Under the pieces are notes generated by a model. The model saw nothing but the letters and a program-made list of their open reading frames with translations, was not told the DNA's origin and did no database searches. The position numbers and the translations under genes are program-made. Shown here in pieces: positions 1 through 9,860 of a stretch of DNA of 64,000 bases (position 1 is its first letter; every line of letters starts with the position of its first letter). This DNA comes from a virus, in IMG/VR virus record IMGVR_UViG_3300031576_000019, positions 1-64,000 of that record. One strand, 5' to 3'.

Positions 1-268
1 GAACGGTCTGATCAATAAACTGCACAAAGACAACATCATTGTTCATCTCGGTCGCCGAGAGCGTCACCAGCACGCCCGCTTTCCCAGAACCATCCGCCAC
101 CGGCAAGGTGCCCAAATCGGTGTAGACCCCAGCATCGGTTACACCCTTAACATCACCCGCTGCAAGCGTTGGGTTGAGTTTGAACGAACCAGAATTAGCC
201 GTGTCCTCCAGCGCGACACGGATTTTGAAGTCTTCGTTCTTCTTGGGCGGGTTATAGGGACTAGCCAT
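1..268 (-). CDS. Putative virion structural protein (partial, runs off the window)
   Basis: ATG at 268 abuts the stop of the upstream gene; reads MASPYNPPKKNEDFKIRVALED... with no stop to position 1. Confidence 0.6.
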   Translation of the reverse strand, partial: MASPYNPPKKNEDFKIRVALEDTANSGSFKLNPTLAAGDVKGVTDAGVYTDLGTLPVADGSGKAGVLVTLSATEMNNDVVFVQFIDQTV

Positions 269-1444
269 TTACATTCCTATCATTGAACGCGCTCGGACAC
301 CTAATTGGAGCGGCGCAGAATAAAGCATAGATGGATCGGGGACTCCACTGTAGTAAAAGGCCACCCCAAACTCGCCAAAGAAGCGCGGGGTAGTTATAAA
401 CCAAGCAGTGTTCCGAGTGACGGTTGTAAGTGTTTTCTCGGTGCTCCAGGTAGCCCCACCATCGGTGGAATACTTATAGTACAGCTGAATAGCACTCTGC
501 CAAGTCTGGCTACCATCCGATAGACCGCCATAGATGACGTACCAGTAACCGCTCACCGTATCAAGCGCAACCCCGCAACCACCCTGATCATCAGTGCTGT
601 TCAAGACTACATTGGCGCTGGTTTCGGTAATGGTTGTGTCGGTGACAATCCAGCATCGCAGATTCGCATTGGCCGTATCTACTGCGCTCCAAGCCACAAT
701 AATGTTGCGCGAATTAGCAATATCCACACAAGCCGCTAAGTGAGGGAAGGAACTGGTCGCGGCTACGTCCGTCATGCTGGTAGCGATGGATGTTTCGGCC
801 CAGGTGTTGGCGCTATCATCGTAACGCTTGACCGACAACTCGTTGGCCGAGGCGTCCCAGAAAATCAACATCACATCGGCTGTGTCAGCATTCCAACCTG
901 GTAAAAGAAGATATTGGTCTTGCGTAGCGCCTTCGGATGGATCCGCAATGGTATCCGTCCACGTCGCGCCTACATCGGTAGAGGACCAGGCCCCATCTTC
1001 CGTGCCCGCATCAATTGAACCCGCCACGCGCAGATCGCCATTTCTCCCGCGTGTTATGGTGAGTGCTCCACCGTTAGCGACAGAGGCACCCGCAAAGACA
1101 GTCGTTTGGGTGGAGAGAGCATCAGATGAAGCGGTGTTGATATTGCGATAAAGAATGTCGGAGCCGACGCTCTCGGTGTAAGCGATATGGATCAGATTGC
1201 CCGAAACATTGCTCCAGCGGTCATACCAGACCGAAATAGCAGTAACCGTCCCAGTAAAAATCAAGGTGGGTACTGACCACGACAAGCCATTGTTGCTTGA
1301 CTTGATGAAGTAGACATCCTGATCCCGTTGGAGATAGACAAGGTACAGCACGCCCGAAAGCGTCTGTACAACATAGTTTGTTCCCCCGCCGGTAAAGATA
1401 GGCGAAGCAATCGTTCCGCCTGCTATAACTTCTGCGCGCGGCAT
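269..1444 (-). CDS. Asp-box (BNR) repeat beta-propeller protein, probably virion-associated
   Basis: Three Asp-box motifs SSNNGLSW, STDVGATW, STDGGATW; Thr/Ser/Ala-rich; late-gene context. Confidence 0.65.
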   Translation of the reverse strand: MPRAEVIAGGTIASPIFTGGGTNYVVQTLSGVLYLVYLQRDQDVYFIKSSNNGLSWSVPTLIFTGTVTAISVWYDRWSNVSGNLIHIAYTESVGSDILYRNINTASSDALSTQTTVFAGASVANGGALTITRGRNGDLRVAGSIDAGTEDGAWSSTDVGATWTDTIADPSEGATQDQYLLLPGWNADTADVMLIFWDASANELSVKRYDDSANTWAETSIATSMTDVAATSSFPHLAACVDIANSRNIIVAWSAVDTANANLRCWIVTDTTITETSANVVLNSTDDQGGCGVALDTVSGYWYVIYGGLSDGSQTWQSAIQLYYKYSTDGGATWSTEKTLTTVTRNTAWFITTPRFFGEFGVAFYYSGVPDPSMLYSAPLQLGVRARSMIGM

Positions 1445-1450
1445 AGTGTC

Positions 1451-2038
1451 TTAAGCCAGTGTCAGCGTCAAGGTCAACGCCCAAGTGCCACCCGATTTGG
1501 TGCCGAAACTTTCAACTTTACGATTCAACATCCGACCGCCCGATGAGCCATTGAAGATAGCCCACTCGGCCCAAGCGAAGTTGGCATCGCCCGACGCAAA
1601 GGAACTCTGGAATACAATTGAGGCCGCGCCGGAAGTCGTTGCGTCCGTGTGTTGTGGATAGGTGGCGTCCATTACCTTACGGAGCTTGTTGGCGGCGGCC
1701 TGCAGGTCGGTCTGCGTGGCGGCTGCCGCTGTGCTGGAATCACCGACGCCGATATAGGCGTTGCCGTTGTTAAAGTAGGTCAGGGTTTGAGCGGCTGTGC
1801 CAGTGCCGTTTCCAATCAGGCATTGCCAGAGACACGAGGCCCCGCCGTACATCAGCAGGTTGCCCTCGTCCTCAATGACTTCATACGGTTGGGGGGCAAG
1901 GCCTATCGCGACTTGTTCGGGTGTCCAGTCCCCCTCACGCTTTTCCAGCTTCCAATGGCAATGCCATTTCAACCCTTCCAAGCCAGGAAGTGCGACGGAC
2001 AGCGCAGAATCCTCGTTGAGTAAAGATTGGTCAATCAT
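1451..2038 (-). CDS. Putative tail/virion structural protein
   Basis: YIGVGDSSTAAAATQTDLQ...ANFAWAEWAIFN...MLNRKV pattern typical of tail fibre/baseplate-proximal proteins. Confidence 0.6.
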   Translation of the reverse strand: MIDQSLLNEDSALSVALPGLEGLKWHCHWKLEKREGDWTPEQVAIGLAPQPYEVIEDEGNLLMYGGASCLWQCLIGNGTGTAAQTLTYFNNGNAYIGVGDSSTAAAATQTDLQAAANKLRKVMDATYPQHTDATTSGAASIVFQSSFASGDANFAWAEWAIFNGSSGGRMLNRKVESFGTKSGGTWALTLTLTLA

Positions 2039-2048
2039 GGGTAGACTC

Positions 2049-3092
2049 CTAGGGGTTCACTTTTTTGACGCCCGACTTGTGTACCCAGAGCGCCTTGGGT
2101 ATTTCGATTAATAGGAAGTTATTCATCTCGTCAAGGACTCTTCCGGTCGAACCACCATAGCCCGCCGCAAATGGCTTGAATGAACTACCCGGCCCGAAGC
2201 GCATATTCCGAAAGAGCGGGAGAAGTTCTACTGTAGCGCCAATCCATTCTGAGGCGGGTGGCGGAGCGGCCAACTCAATCAGTCTACTTGCCACCTGGCC
2301 CTCGATATTGTGGTTGTTCCAACCCGCTCCGAGCGTGAAGACAGTGGCACCCAATACGTAGTTATCTTTGGCTAGTTCATTATCAAGCGGAAGCAGGATA
2401 CTGTTGAGATATTGTTCGGCATTACCGTTGAACAGTTCCTTCCAAGACTTGCCAGGAGGCACGCCAAACGGCACGCCGTCCGCGCCACACTCCGTGATAA
2501 GGACAGGCAAGTTTGGATAACCCATCGCAGAGAAGCGCAGGTTATCTTCCCGGTGGCGAAGCAAGAGATACGACCAGGTACTTTGATCGGGGCCAGCGTA
2601 ACTGTGTCGGCCCAGCATAGCCTTGTAGACAACTGCCGCTACGAGTGCTGGATGATATTCTGCCCAGAGCGGGTAGTCTGGATTGCCAACGGCCCAACCT
2701 CCAATAACAGCCGTGCGGTTAAACGTCACCCGTAGAATACGAGCAAACTCGGCCAGAAAAGTAGCGTACCAGCGCATCGCAGTAGTGTCGGTGATGACAC
2801 ACTCGTTTGGTCCCTCCCACAGTTTCACACTGGGATTGAGAAGGATAGGCGATGATAGATATTGATGAGTGTAGGTCGCCGCCATCGCAACCGGGTCAGT
2901 CCCCAGAAGTTGATTGGGATCAAAGGCATTCTCAAACACCCGCCCGACAATCAGTGGGTGATGCGGAAGCGTTTCCGCCTCGGTCGCAAAGGAGAAGTCA
3001 CCCACCATCTTGACAATGGGCGCTCCTCTACGAGTCCATTCTGAGCCAGCGGCGCTCGTTCCGAGAATGTGCGGACCAAGTTTTTTTAACAT
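2049..3092 (-). CDS. Glycoside-hydrolase-like protein with C-terminal SH3b-like domain
   Basis: WEGPNE, LGRHSY and LITECG motifs of TIM-barrel GHs; NMRFGPGSSF is SH3b-like; start reset to ATG 3092 behind GGAGAG. Confidence 0.55.
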   Translation of the reverse strand: MLKKLGPHILGTSAAGSEWTRRGAPIVKMVGDFSFATEAETLPHHPLIVGRVFENAFDPNQLLGTDPVAMAATYTHQYLSSPILLNPSVKLWEGPNECVITDTTAMRWYATFLAEFARILRVTFNRTAVIGGWAVGNPDYPLWAEYHPALVAAVVYKAMLGRHSYAGPDQSTWSYLLLRHREDNLRFSAMGYPNLPVLITECGADGVPFGVPPGKSWKELFNGNAEQYLNSILLPLDNELAKDNYVLGATVFTLGAGWNNHNIEGQVASRLIELAAPPPASEWIGATVELLPLFRNMRFGPGSSFKPFAAGYGGSTGRVLDEMNNFLLIEIPKALWVHKSGVKKVNP

Positions 3093-3102
3093 CAACACTC
3101 TC

Positions 3103-4278
3103 CTATGGACACGCGACGCGCTGACTTGCTTGTGTACGCAGTGTATCAATAGCGGAAGCGACATCCGGCTGAGTGAGGTACGGAATATCCCACTTCCACA
3201 TGACCAACCCACACGCACCCGGCTCGTTCAACATGAGACCTCCCCAGTTTTCCAGTTCCGCGCCAGTAACGTTTCCGGCCGCGCCCCCTCCGATCAGATT
3301 GATCGCAAAGTAAAGTTTTATCTGACGCGACTGGGCCGCCACGAGATTGGTCGAGATAAAATCTTGAATAGTTCCTTTCCGAATGGTGTACTGCGAGACG
3401 ACCACCGTAACATCCGGTATGGACGAGGCGGGCGCGGCCGCCAGCCAGGTCGCTTCGGTGTACGCGCCAAAAGGTAGCGTTGGCCAGTAAGCTAATGAGT
3501 ATTCAGCGGCAGCCTGCAGGGTGGCATAGGGTATCGGCCAGCCCGGACCATTGGAAGCATCCTGCGGCTCGTCGAATCCAATGTGCGCCAAGAGCGTGCC
3601 GTCTGAAACGTAGCTGGACAAATCTATTCCGGCGAATCGGTCAACGAGCGTCTTCCATTTTGCAAAATCCCACGCGCCACTCGAATCCTTTACCTGCGCT
3701 CCGGTCAGATTGAGCCAAATTCGTATTCCATTGGCTCGGGCGGCTTCCAGCATTGGAATCAAATCATCTGGCTTGCTGGCGAAGGCGCGTAGCGCGCCAG
3801 TGTAACCAGATGCTGGAAATTCTGAATTGGGCAGATGGATCACCCCAAACGGGATGCCCGTTTCGGAGGGAGGCGGCACCTGAGTCGGAATCAGAGTCGC
3901 GGTAGGTAATGGCGTGTTGGTGGGCGTGACCGTAGAGGTCGGCGTATCGGTAGATGTCACCGTTGCTGTCTCGGTCGGTATAAGCGTCATCGTCGCCGTC
4001 TCGGTCGGCGTATCGCTTGGCATAAGTGTGTCGGTGGGTGTGTGAGTCGCCGTTGCCGTTTCGGTCGGAGTATGCGTAATGGTCGGCGTCAATGTCTGAC
4101 AATCACTAATTCCCAGCGGTTCTGTCTGATATTGGCACAGTACAGCCACTGAGAGGGCATTTACAGACGCAATTTCAAGCGTGGCTGGCGCAGACGCAAG
4201 TTGCTGACCCGCCGACAGAGTGGCAATAGTGGTAAAGATTGCAAAGATAATAGACGTGCGTTTGGAGGGCAGTTTCAT
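3103..4278 (-). CDS. Secreted protein with Thr/Pro-rich linker and GH-like domain
   Basis: N-terminal hydrophobic signal, TPTETAT repeats, then globular domain with FDEP motif. Confidence 0.6.
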   Translation of the reverse strand: MKLPSKRTSIIFAIFTTIATLSAGQQLASAPATLEIASVNALSVAVLCQYQTEPLGISDCQTLTPTITHTPTETATATHTPTDTLMPSDTPTETATMTLIPTETATVTSTDTPTSTVTPTNTPLPTATLIPTQVPPPSETGIPFGVIHLPNSEFPASGYTGALRAFASKPDDLIPMLEAARANGIRIWLNLTGAQVKDSSGAWDFAKWKTLVDRFAGIDLSSYVSDGTLLAHIGFDEPQDASNGPGWPIPYATLQAAAEYSLAYWPTLPFGAYTEATWLAAAPASSIPDVTVVVSQYTIRKGTIQDFISTNLVAAQSRQIKLYFAINLIGGGAAGNVTGAELENWGGLMLNEPGACGLVMWKWDIPYLTQPDVASAIDTLRTQASQRVACP

Positions 4279-4286
4279 TTTGGCTC

Positions 4287-5840
4287 CTAGCGGGTCACCA
4301 CACGCCGCACATAGCGGTCGGCGATGGCGCGCGAGTAACGGCCCTGAGGGAAGGCGTTGGTTTCCGGGAGGTCTTCTTCAATATTTTCCTCGAAGCCCAT
4401 GTACCAAAGCAATCCCGCCAGGACAAAAAAGGTAGACACAATATCTTGGGGAATCTTTCCGTCTGGAAGCGCGTACTTGGCAAACTGGTGAACAATGCCC
4501 TCAATCGGAGGAAAGCGCACACGCACTTTTGCCATAATCAGTTTCAGCGACACCATGTAGACCGACTTCTTGACCCCACCCATGTCCATCGGCACAATCG
4601 GCAAATCTTCGGGAAACGACATCTCAGAGTGAACCTTCTGCCCAGCCGTTGAGTCATAGGCCCCCAGACTCGCCCGGTAATAGCCCATCCACTCCATAAA
4701 CTTGTTTACGAATGGACTGTACTTGCCTCCACCATCTCCCCACCAAAAAGCCCGCAGGACCGCCGGGCTGGGATAGTCCGTCACATCAAAAACAAGAACC
4801 ACTGGCGCATTCCGATAGGGTGGTTTACCTTGGCCCGGATCACCTACCACCACATATACTCGGCTTTGTTCGCGCGGAAGCGCCCACAGCACACAGCCAG
4901 CCTTCTGCATCTCATTGTAATGAAAGCCTGGCTCCTCCAACATCACCCCGTCTTTGAGAATCTCTGCCAATCCTTCGTCCAGGCATGGGCCAATCAATTG
5001 ATCCGAGAATTCCTTGCCGCCTCCAATGGGCCGCTTACCGTTCATGTGGATGGCAATCTTCTCCGGGTCATGGCCCATCCGCCGCTTGAACGATTCAATT
5101 TGTTCGGGCGTCAGATTCTTGTTTTGTTCAGTGCTTATTAGCCAACTGCGCTGAACAGGCGTCGCTGGAACACCCTGATCGTAGAGCCACCACAGTTCAG
5201 GGTTATCGGCAGAATTGGCGGTAATGGATAGTCTTCCCATTCTCGCTCGACCCTTTATCTTGCCGCGCACCCGTGTGCCCAGGTTGATAATGGCCGTGGA
5301 TAAGTCATCCACCGATTCGCCCTGGTCAATGTTGACCCAATCTCCGTCCCAAGTCAGGATTTTCTGGGCATTCTTGTCGCTCGACATAAACTCAAGCGTG
5401 CCCTTGTGGATTGCGCCACCCGGATACCGATACTGAATGGTCAGTGTTGGGTAGGGCTTAATGTTCACTTTCCACAGGAACCGATCTTTGTAGATGGTGT
5501 TCTCTAGCCAAGACAGCAAACTGTCGTACATCTGCTTCGATTGCCAAGCGATTGGCGCAACGTTCAGAAACTTGAAATCGGTTATTAATGTGCAGTCTGT
5601 CAGGGCCGAGAAGCCGACGGTAATTGTTTTCGAAGAACCCATACCACCCACGACAACTAAATCAAGTTGGGGGGCTTGATGAAACTCCAACTGCCAAGGT
5701 GGATCAATGTTGTCGTCAAACACCCATCCTTGGCTCTGCTGACGGGTCCGAACATAATAGCCGGTCAGATAGCGCGCGTCTTGTTTCCCAAGCTCAAAAA
5801 CGCGCTGGTCTTCATCGGTTAGGGTGTAAAGGTGTTTCAC
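4287..5840 (-). CDS. terL: Terminase large subunit
   Basis: Walker A VVVGGMGSSKT, Walker-B-like WVNIDQGE, C-terminal RNase-H-like nuclease (VVGDPG, AYDSTAG, QDIVS); 517 aa. Confidence 0.85.
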   Translation of the reverse strand: MKHLYTLTDEDQRVFELGKQDARYLTGYYVRTRQQSQGWVFDDNIDPPWQLEFHQAPQLDLVVVGGMGSSKTITVGFSALTDCTLITDFKFLNVAPIAWQSKQMYDSLLSWLENTIYKDRFLWKVNIKPYPTLTIQYRYPGGAIHKGTLEFMSSDKNAQKILTWDGDWVNIDQGESVDDLSTAIINLGTRVRGKIKGRARMGRLSITANSADNPELWWLYDQGVPATPVQRSWLISTEQNKNLTPEQIESFKRRMGHDPEKIAIHMNGKRPIGGGKEFSDQLIGPCLDEGLAEILKDGVMLEEPGFHYNEMQKAGCVLWALPREQSRVYVVVGDPGQGKPPYRNAPVVLVFDVTDYPSPAVLRAFWWGDGGGKYSPFVNKFMEWMGYYRASLGAYDSTAGQKVHSEMSFPEDLPIVPMDMGGVKKSVYMVSLKLIMAKVRVRFPPIEGIVHQFAKYALPDGKIPQDIVSTFFVLAGLLWYMGFEENIEEDLPETNAFPQGRYSRAIADRYVRRVVTR

Positions 5841-6157
5841 TGGGATGGATCAGGCAATGGCCACTGCCAACCGATTGATTCCAGACCATACCAATCATTC
5901 GCCCTGGCCTCGGATGTCCAATTCAGGCAATAGGACACTACCTCAGCCTCTGTGACACCGGATTGGACAGAAAAGAAAATACAAACGTCGTAGAGGCCGC
6001 GATAGTATTCCGTCTCCGCTGGCTGATCTATCGGCCCTTGGTTCCCGAGTGAGAAACCAAACGAACCCGCCAACAACAGCGCACAGGGCGAGAAAAACAA
6101 CGACAGCACCAGACACCCCTGAAGGAGCTCTCTCCAATATGAGAAATTGAATTTCAT
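5837..6157 (-). CDS. Hypothetical membrane protein
   Basis: N-terminal TM segment; stop overlaps terL start. Confidence 0.6.
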   Translation of the reverse strand: MKFNFSYWRELLQGCLVLSLFFSPCALLLAGSFGFSLGNQGPIDQPAETEYYRGLYDVCIFFSVQSGVTEAEVVSYCLNWTSEARANDWYGLESIGWQWPLPDPSQ

Positions 6158-6193
6158 GTTGGACGACCTTTGCCTCCAACCTGGAGGAGGGAA

Positions 6194-6481
6194 CTACTTC
6201 TGGAAAATTTCATCGCGCAAATCCCGGATGGCCCCTAAATAGGCGCGGACATGAACAGTTGGGTCTCCCAGCGAAAAGAGTTCACTTAATTCCAACGCGC
6301 GTGGCCCGCCCTCAAACCTGAATATAACTTTTCCGTTGGGCAGGTTGGGGCTGGGCACACGCCGTGAGGGAAGCCGGTGAACTCCCGAACACACCAGAAA
6401 AGCCGCCTGGTTGACGACATTGGTTTCAAAGGCAGGCACTTCTACGACTGTAATCTTGAGAGGAAGGGAATCTGTCATCAC
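6194..6481 (-). CDS. Hypothetical protein
   Basis: 95 aa ORF, ATGA-coupled to upstream gene. Confidence 0.6.
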   Translation of the reverse strand: MMTDSLPLKITVVEVPAFETNVVNQAAFLVCSGVHRLPSRRVPSPNLPNGKVIFRFEGGPRALELSELFSLGDPTVHVRAYLGAIRDLRDEIFQK

Positions 6482-6681
6482 TGAATTTTCCCGGTGCCGG
6501 ATGTGCCGGTCGCCTTTCCGACCCGAAACTGTTCTTGCAGAAAATAGACGACCAGATTGTTCGCCAGGGCATGGTAGATACTGACGTTGTAATCGCGCTC
6601 AAAGAAGGTCGGGTCTTGTTTCAACGCTGCTTCTTCAAACTCGGCCAAGTTTCTAACCAAGTATTCCGCCAGAGTTATCAT
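6478..6681 (-). CDS. Hypothetical protein
   Basis: 67 aa ORF, translationally coupled on both sides. Confidence 0.55.
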   Translation of the reverse strand: MITLAEYLVRNLAEFEEAALKQDPTFFERDYNVSIYHALANNLVVYFLQEQFRVGKATGTSGTGKIQ

Positions 6682-6917
6682 TCGGACACCTGCAGAGAGG
6701 ACGCAACAACAAACATTGCCAACTTCCCCAGAAGTTCCTCGGCCTGAGCCAGAGTGAAACCAAACCTGCTCTGGATAACACCTAGCATCCGTTGCACCTC
6801 CAGCAGGTGGACATATTTCAAGTTGTCCATTGCATCCTGATGGGATTTGTTGATTTCACGTTGAGTCAGTAATGGGAGCGCGACCAGAACCTCGCGCTCC
6901 CCGGTTATTGTCTGCAT
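6678..6917 (-). CDS. Hypothetical protein
   Basis: 79 aa ORF after AAGGA RBS and an operator-containing promoter. Confidence 0.6.
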   Translation of the reverse strand: MQTITGEREVLVALPLLTQREINKSHQDAMDNLKYVHLLEVQRMLGVIQSRFGFTLAQAEELLGKLAMFVVASSLQVSE

Positions 6918-7081
6918 TCATGCTGTCCTTTGTGAACTATTATTCACATAACGGGGCAGGAAGTCAATCCCTTTGTTGAAGGCCCCAACTGGGTAGACGG
7001 GCCAAATCCACAGTTGTTTCATCTTTCAAGGGACGGCCTCGCCGCGTGTTACTTGCCACTTCTTGAACTGCAGAAAGAGAT

Positions 7082-7243
7082 TCATTGCTTCAGCCACCAG
7101 TCTAGGGCATCCATCGCCCTCAACTCAGGAACGAGTGTGTTACCAAATTTGCCCTGCGTGGCAAAGGCGGTCACGCGCACAAAGCACCACCCGACTAGAT
7201 CACGAGGCAATAACCACGCCAACCATTTCCAAAATTTTTCCAT
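7082..7243 (-). CDS. Hypothetical small protein
   Basis: GGAGG RBS before ATG 7243 (MEKFWKWLAW...). Confidence 0.55.
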   Translation of the reverse strand: MEKFWKWLAWLLPRDLVGWCFVRVTAFATQGKFGNTLVPELRAMDALDWWLKQ

Positions 7244-7282
7244 GTTCAGTCCTCCTGCTCGACCATCCATTGTAATTTGCTC

Positions 7283-7483
7283 CTACAACTCAAAACGAAA
7301 GGTGCGGCATCGCTGACCCGTTGAGTCAAGCACCACCGCCTTCAACACATACATGGGGGCCGGATCCTCCGGCACCACCATCAAATCCGCCACTGCCTCG
7401 CTTTCCCCATACAACTTGCTCACAAAGGCCGGCACTACACCGTTGGCCTCTTTTAGATAAACCTCAAGTCCAATTTTGAGCAT
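7283..7483 (-). CDS. Hypothetical protein
   Basis: 66 aa, GGAG RBS. Confidence 0.55.
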   Translation of the reverse strand: MLKIGLEVYLKEANGVVPAFVSKLYGESEAVADLMVVPEDPAPMYVLKAVVLDSTGQRCRTFRFEL

Positions 7484-7496
7484 GTCTTATCTCCAG

Positions 7497-7850
7497 CTAC
7501 GGGCCAAAGGGATTGCCAATACCAATGTAATTCCGTGTCTCAATCCAACCACCCCCACTGCCGGGAAACAGCGACCGATATTCACCGACATTGTTTCCCC
7601 GACTGTACAGACGCACCCGATACCCAAGACTGGCCGTCTGAAAACGACATCGCTTGCGGAAATCCTCCACCGGCTTGAAGACCGCCACTCGCATTGCGCC
7701 CGTTGCTGGAATAATGACTGCACCCATCTCCTCCGGCGATACCACTACCACTATCACTCGTTCGCCCTCCGAAATGTCTACAAACAAATCTCCCGCCCGA
7801 AGGCTGTCCATTGCTTCAATCGTTTCGGTTTCTGATAGTTGGGGGAACAT
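7497..7850 (-). CDS. Hypothetical protein
   Basis: 117 aa, coupled to upstream ORF. Confidence 0.55.
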   Translation of the reverse strand: MFPQLSETETIEAMDSLRAGDLFVDISEGERVIVVVVSPEEMGAVIIPATGAMRVAVFKPVEDFRKRCRFQTASLGYRVRLYSRGNNVGEYRSLFPGSGGGWIETRNYIGIGNPFGP

Positions 7851-8107
7851 TATGCTGAAACCGGAACCGAAAGTTCCTCAACCTCGGCCTCTTTCCCGCC
7901 CAGTGCATCCCGCGCTATCTCATAGGCGTTCGCCACCGGAGCAGGATAGCCAGGATGGGGTATGCCCAGCTCATGCACAATTCGGTCAAGGGCGAGGCAG
8001 TACTGTCTCAATAGACGAATAGCCGTATCACCCGCACCCTCACTTCGGCTTGGTTCGCCCGGAATCTCCCACATGATGTAATTGGCTAACAGTTGAATTT
8101 GCTCCAT
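7850..8107 (-). CDS. Hypothetical protein
   Basis: 85 aa, AAGGAG RBS directly after the operator at 8120-8135. Confidence 0.65.
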   Translation of the reverse strand: MEQIQLLANYIMWEIPGEPSRSEGAGDTAIRLLRQYCLALDRIVHELGIPHPGYPAPVANAYEIARDALGGKEAEVEELSVPVSA

Positions 8108-8119
8108 GTATGTCTCCTT

Positions 8120-8147
8120 GTGAATAATTATTCACATTCTACCACAT
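8120..8147 (-). promoter_or_regulatory. Leftward promoter (TGGTAGAAT extended -10) followed by perfect operator GTGAATAATTATTCAC
   Basis: Minus strand reads tggTAGAATgtgaataattattcacaAGGAGacatacATG. Confidence 0.65.
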
Positions 8148-8264
8148 GCCAGAAACACTAAGACCCCGCGTAGGGGAAAGGTGACATAGTTATATATATG
8201 TATAGGTAGAAAGTGAACACCCCCTATACAAAGAATTATTTTTCCCCCATAGCGTTGTTCCTGT

Positions 8265-8323
8265 GGGGGGTGGGGGGGGGGTAGGGGGGGGGTGCTCCCC
8301 CCGGTGGTGGGGGTGGGGGTGGG
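8265..8323 (+). repeat. Poly-G tract cluster (G-quadruplex-capable)
   Basis: G6-T-G10-TA-G9 ... G5-T-G5-T-G3 at the point where gene orientation switches. Confidence 0.8.
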
Positions 8324-8382
8324 TACTCCGGGTCTGGTCTGCGCCCTAATGCGCCGCTTTTGTGCGACGTGCAGACCATCAA

Positions 8383-8452
8383 CGCTGTGCGCTTCAACAA
8401 GGCAGGGTGCCGCCCTCACGGGTGCTAATGGGTTCGACTCCCATCACAGCGG
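8383..8452 (+). ncRNA. tRNA-like element with collapsed anticodon arm
   Basis: Acceptor stem CGCTGTG/CACAGCG, T-arm ATGGG-TTCGACT-CCCAT; middle AGGGT-GCC-GCCCT has no 7-nt loop. Confidence 0.55.
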
Positions 8453-8790
8453 CCTTTTGTTTATCTCACTCGCCTCCAAGTTGGAGGAAATGGACGGGCC
8501 AAGACGTATGCCGATGTGCTTGTCACATCTCATATCATCTTGCTCGTATTATGTCATGTATAAGAGCAATGTCAGCAAGTATTCACCTACCCACTTCGGC
8601 ACCACCAAGGTAAGCAACGATGGTGGCATGATAGCCTTTACTCTCATCACCTTGTTGGCATGTGTACTGTGTGTGCTTGTGCTCGTTGTTCTCCTGTAAT
8701 CCATCACCTATCATCATTGGCCCGCCCCACTCCCATATAGACTATATGCGTACACTGATACGCCTTAGTCGAATGAGAGTGTGTTATGTA

Positions 8791-8970
8791 ATGGTACAAA
8801 TAATCGTCAAAGGCGGCACTGTCACCTATAGCACCACAGTAGAAGCACTTGCCTACCTCCTCTCAGCAGGGTATCGCACCGTGGGAACACCCGTTGTGCA
8901 TGGTAGCCCTGCCTACAAAGCCACGCTCAAGCGTGCTATCACACAGCGCAATGCCGACCTTCACCGCTAA
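8791..8970 (+). CDS. Small early hypothetical protein
   Basis: MVQIIVKGG... C-terminal part of ORF 8662..8970. Confidence 0.45.
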   Translation: MVQIIVKGGTVTYSTTVEALAYLLSAGYRTVGTPVVHGSPAYKATLKRAITQRNADLHR

Positions 8971-9537
8971 GTCACTACGGAGAATGCCCGTAGCGGGCCT
9001 GTACTTCACCATCCAGGCCCGTCGTTCATGGTGCAACCAACCTACTCCCTGTAGCCAAGTACACCCTGCCGTATGTCACCACATACACGGACAGGCCATG
9101 ACATTGTGTCATGTGCGCTGTGTAGAGCATCACCCCTGCCTGCTATATGGGCATCGGCGCTCTAGGCCACGTTGCATTGCCTTATATGCAACCCCTGCAC
9201 AATGTAGCTGTGCATCGCCAGGAGAATAGCACTCCTGCGTAAAGAATACTTCCTCTGACAGTCAGGTAGGCTGTCCCCTATGCACAGGTTGGGTTTCTGA
9301 AACTTGTGTGTTTCTTCACATCCTGCACCTTATATCATCCGTTAATAGATAACATAATGTCTGTCTTTCCATTGTGGTGACACATTGTACAGCCTATGCT
9401 ATCTCTCACCCTACAATGTGCTATGTATAGTAGCACATAGCACTACATAACTACGTATACCTATACCTACATGGTCTGGCGTCGTCAGCATGTAGGTATG
9501 TGGTATGTGTGGGCAGTAAGCCCCTACCCTGTGTGGT

Positions 9538-9599
9538 GGGGGTGCCGTTTGTGGGTATGTACTCACACTGAGGAGTCCTATTCAGGACGAAACAGCCCC
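9538..9599 (+). ncRNA. Hammerhead ribozyme (type III) candidate
   Basis: GTT triplet 9547-9549; stem I TGTGGGT-atgt-ACTCACA; core CTGAGGA 9568-9574; stem II GTCCT-attc-AGGAC; GAAAC 9589-9593; stem III imperfect. Confidence 0.75.
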
Positions 9600-9648
9600 T
9601 GGGCCAATCTAACCGATTGGCCCTTTTGATTCCTTGAAAGGAACTCAC

Positions 9649-9846
9649 ATGAACAACAACACTGGCACTTCTGGAACGCGCACTAACAACTTGTACATTG
9701 GCAGGTCCTACACCGCCCGCCAAGCTAATGCCGCTATCAATGCCCGCCGTGGGCAGATGACGGGTGGCGGGTGCTTTGTGGGGAGCATCCTGCTCTTGGC
9801 GCTTATTGTGACCATCTTGGTCGTCATTCTCCCCCATGTTCGCTAA
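9649..9846 (+). CDS. Small membrane protein
   Basis: AAAGGA RBS; C-terminal TM helix. Confidence 0.6.
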   Translation: MNNNTGTSGTRTNNLYIGRSYTARQANAAINARRGQMTGGGCFVGSILLLALIVTILVVILPHVR

Positions 9847-9860
9847 TAAAGGACAATCCC

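Noticed and set aside
3880-4090. Tandem DNA repeat
   Set aside because: Explained by the Thr/Pro-rich protein linker
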